The notes under the pieces: generated by a model | Databases searched by the model: none | Told to the model about the DNA's origin: nothing | Seen by the model: only the letters and a program-made list of their open reading frames with translations | IMG/VR virus record: IMGVR_UViG_3300021962_000290 | Location: 1 to 36,633 of that record | Reading direction: 5' to 3' (one strand) | DNA: 36,633 nt | From: a virus | Taxonomy: Duplodnaviria; Caudoviricetes | Shown here: positions 34,748 through 36,633 of the stretch, one piece after another | How the letters are laid out: each line of letters opens with the position of its first letter | Position numbering within the stretch: the first letter of the stretch is position 1 | Translations under genes and position numbers: made by a program

Positions 34748-35511
34748 AAGTCTACCAAGCAATCAATGCAGTTCAGAACGAACTGTCCAAGATCGGCATC
34801 ACCAAAGACCGGCTGAATACCCAAGGCAGTGGCTACAAGTTCCGTGGCATTGATGATGTTTACAACACCATCTCTCCGTTGCTGGCTGAACATGGTCTGT
34901 GCATCCTGCCTCGCGTCATCAGTCGTGAGTGTGTCGAGCGTTCTAGTGCCAAGGGCAATGCTCTGTTCTACGTCACCGTAGAAGCTGAGTTCGACTTTGT
35001 GTCTGCCGAGGATGGTAGCAAGCACACAGTCAAGACGTTCGGTGAGGCAATGGATTCTGGCGACAAGGCCACCAACAAAGCAATGTCTGCGGCATACAAG
35101 TACGCAGCATTTCAGGCATTTGCCATCCCGACAGAAGGCGACAACGATACTGAGACAAATACCCACGAGGTCAGAAGCAGACCAGCACCAAAGAACCCAC
35201 TGGACATGATTGACCCTCCTGTCAAACCATCAACAGGGGCACAGTTCCGCATGGCAATCCCCGGCAAAGAAGACAGAATCTATGGTTCATCTCAAGAATT
35301 GTTTGATGCCATGATGATGATCAGAGATCAGATCGAGAAGGCTGGCAGCATAACCCCACGGCTACGCATGACCAAGATGCGGGAACTGCGTGAGGCCAAT
35401 GAGATGAACGTGGATCGGATGGATATTGCCCACAAGTCTGAACTGGTTGGCGACTATACCAAGCGGCTCAAGCGTCTGGGCGCACAAGGAGGTGAAGATG
35501 GAGTCAACTGA
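34744..35511 (+). CDS. erf: ERF family single-strand annealing protein
   Basis: YKFRGIDDVYN, GEAMDSGDKATNKAMSAAYKYA. Confidence 0.9.
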   Translation: MKVYQAINAVQNELSKIGITKDRLNTQGSGYKFRGIDDVYNTISPLLAEHGLCILPRVISRECVERSSAKGNALFYVTVEAEFDFVSAEDGSKHTVKTFGEAMDSGDKATNKAMSAAYKYAAFQAFAIPTEGDNDTETNTHEVRSRPAPKNPLDMIDPPVKPSTGAQFRMAIPGKEDRIYGSSQELFDAMMMIRDQIEKAGSITPRLRMTKMRELREANEMNVDRMDIAHKSELVGDYTKRLKRLGAQGGEDGVN

Positions 35512-35614
35512 TTGGGCTGCTCTTGACCAGCAGTATCAGGAATACTGCCATCAGTGCCAGAAAGAAGGGAAAGTCCCAGAAGACTTCCACATCTGGTTGC
35601 TCGGCAAGGATTAA
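35498..35614 (+). CDS. 38-aa protein with CxxC
   Basis: AAGGAGGT RBS; stop overlaps the convergent endolysin stop (TTAA). Confidence 0.55.
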   Translation: MESTDWAALDQQYQEYCHQCQKEGKVPEDFHIWLLGKD

Positions 35615-36210
35615 GCAGACAGGACTTGCAAAGCCTTCTCTGTGTGGGCAATGCGGTCCTGCAATCCAATCGTCCCACCATTGATCTTCTTGGTGAGGCC
35701 AGTCCAGTTACTGTTCTCAGCCAGGTTGTTGCAGTCGTGGGTTGACCAGAACCATCCTGCGGTCAGTGCCGCATAAGCAGGAGTTGCGACCAGATCGGGC
35801 TGTAATACAAAGTCAATTCCCAGAGCCTTGCCAGCATGGAAATAATTGGCATGGCCTGTAAGCTGAATACAGCCACGACCACGGAAACGATAACCATCAC
35901 CGGATGCCTCGTCACGGTTACCCATGCGGTTGGCGTAAACCATGTTGGCAATCTTCTTAGGATTTCCAGCATACTGATCTGCTATCTCTTGAGTCGGGAA
36001 TCGTTTGGGCCACAGCTTCATCAGCGTTGCGGCGCGGTAGTTTAGGTTCTCTTGCAGGACTTTGAAGTGACCACACTCGTGACCACACTGTCCAATGAAT
36101 GCGGCCTGCTGTCTGGGGCTGTTGATGTTGAACTTGGCAAACGTGGAGTTCAGCGCGTCAACCCACTCAGCACCAATGTGAAGTCTTTGAAGTTGCTCAA
36201 CGCTTACCAT
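35611..36210 (-). CDS. Glycoside hydrolase family 19 endolysin
   Basis: FIGQCGHE, ENLNY, DGYRFRGRGCIQLTG, KKINGG. Confidence 0.92.
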   Translation of the reverse strand: MVSVEQLQRLHIGAEWVDALNSTFAKFNINSPRQQAAFIGQCGHECGHFKVLQENLNYRAATLMKLWPKRFPTQEIADQYAGNPKKIANMVYANRMGNRDEASGDGYRFRGRGCIQLTGHANYFHAGKALGIDFVLQPDLVATPAYAALTAGWFWSTHDCNNLAENSNWTGLTKKINGGTIGLQDRIAHTEKALQVLSA

Positions 36211-36633
36211 TCAGTTGCTCCCTGACACGGTTATAAGAATCTATACACGCATTTAATTGGTTGATGTGCCGGTCTGCTTCTGCGATGAGGGCGGCGATTG
36301 CGGCGAGGGTTTCTCGCTCGGAATCAGAAGGTTGGTCAGGCGCTCGGTCAGGTTGGCTTGGCGCTTGGTCCCGATCTCCGGGGGCAGGGGCGGGACTTGC
36401 GGGGGTTGGTACACAACTGGTGGCGGGTTGCGAGACGCGCACCCTGCCAGCACGAATAGCACGATCAAGAGCAGTTTGTTTTTCAGTGATTGCATTGTTA
36501 GCCTCCGCTAGTTTAGATGCGTTCGCGTTGATTTCCTCGTTCAGTTTGATCTCGGTTGCCCTGGACTCTGCGTTCTTGGCAGCAATCTCAGCCTGCATTT
36601 CCTGATCACGCTTGCTCCACCCGGCAGAGTGAC
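36197..36633 (-). CDS. Rz: Rz-like spanin, second copy, 5' end truncated by window edge
   Basis: Near-identical protein to 345..851. Confidence 0.85.
   Translation of the reverse strand, partial: HSAGWSKRDQEMQAEIAAKNAESRATEIKLNEEINANASKLAEANNAITEKQTALDRAIRAGRVRVSQPATSCVPTPASPAPAPGDRDQAPSQPDRAPDQPSDSERETLAAIAALIAEADRHINQLNACIDSYNRVREQLNGKR
36253..36495 (-). CDS. Rz1: Rz1-like lipoprotein, second allele (80 aa)
   Basis: Same lipobox; earlier TAA than the left copy. Confidence 0.8.
   Translation of the reverse strand: MQSLKNKLLLIVLFVLAGCASRNPPPVVYQPPQVPPLPPEIGTKRQANLTERLTNLLIPSEKPSPQSPPSSQKQTGTSTN

Larger units (their letters stand above)
35853..36633. repeat. Terminal direct repeat, right copy
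   Basis: Matches 1..781. Confidence 0.95.

Overview
A near-complete, terminally redundant tailed-phage genome: about 35.85 kb unique, with 1..781 repeated imperfectly at 35853..36633. The virion module is podovirus-like (BPP-1/HTVC010P type) and the host is probably a Gram-negative proteobacterium, given the Rz/Rz1 spanins and sigma70 promoters. The minus strand carries small early genes, RusA, an ArdC/KorA-like plasmid-type module, a winged-helix initiator, terS/terL, portal, scaffold, major capsid, tail tubular A/B, ejection proteins (one with an ART-PolyVal-like domain), a tail fibre, four glycine-rich paralogues and an expanded lysis cassette ending in a GH19 endolysin. A short plus-strand arm encodes a YqaJ exonuclease and an ERF annealase. 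I recognised no integrase, DNA/RNA polymerase, primase, helicase, reverse transcriptase, tRNA or CRISPR array. The most striking unexplained signal is non-coding. A ~550-nt promoter-driven, ornately structured, pseudoknotted RNA cassette lies between scaffold and capsid (19400..19975). A second RNA-rich island lies between the initiator and the terminase genes (26900..27370). All family calls come from motif recognition by eye, and all pairings were found by hand; no searches or folding programs were run.
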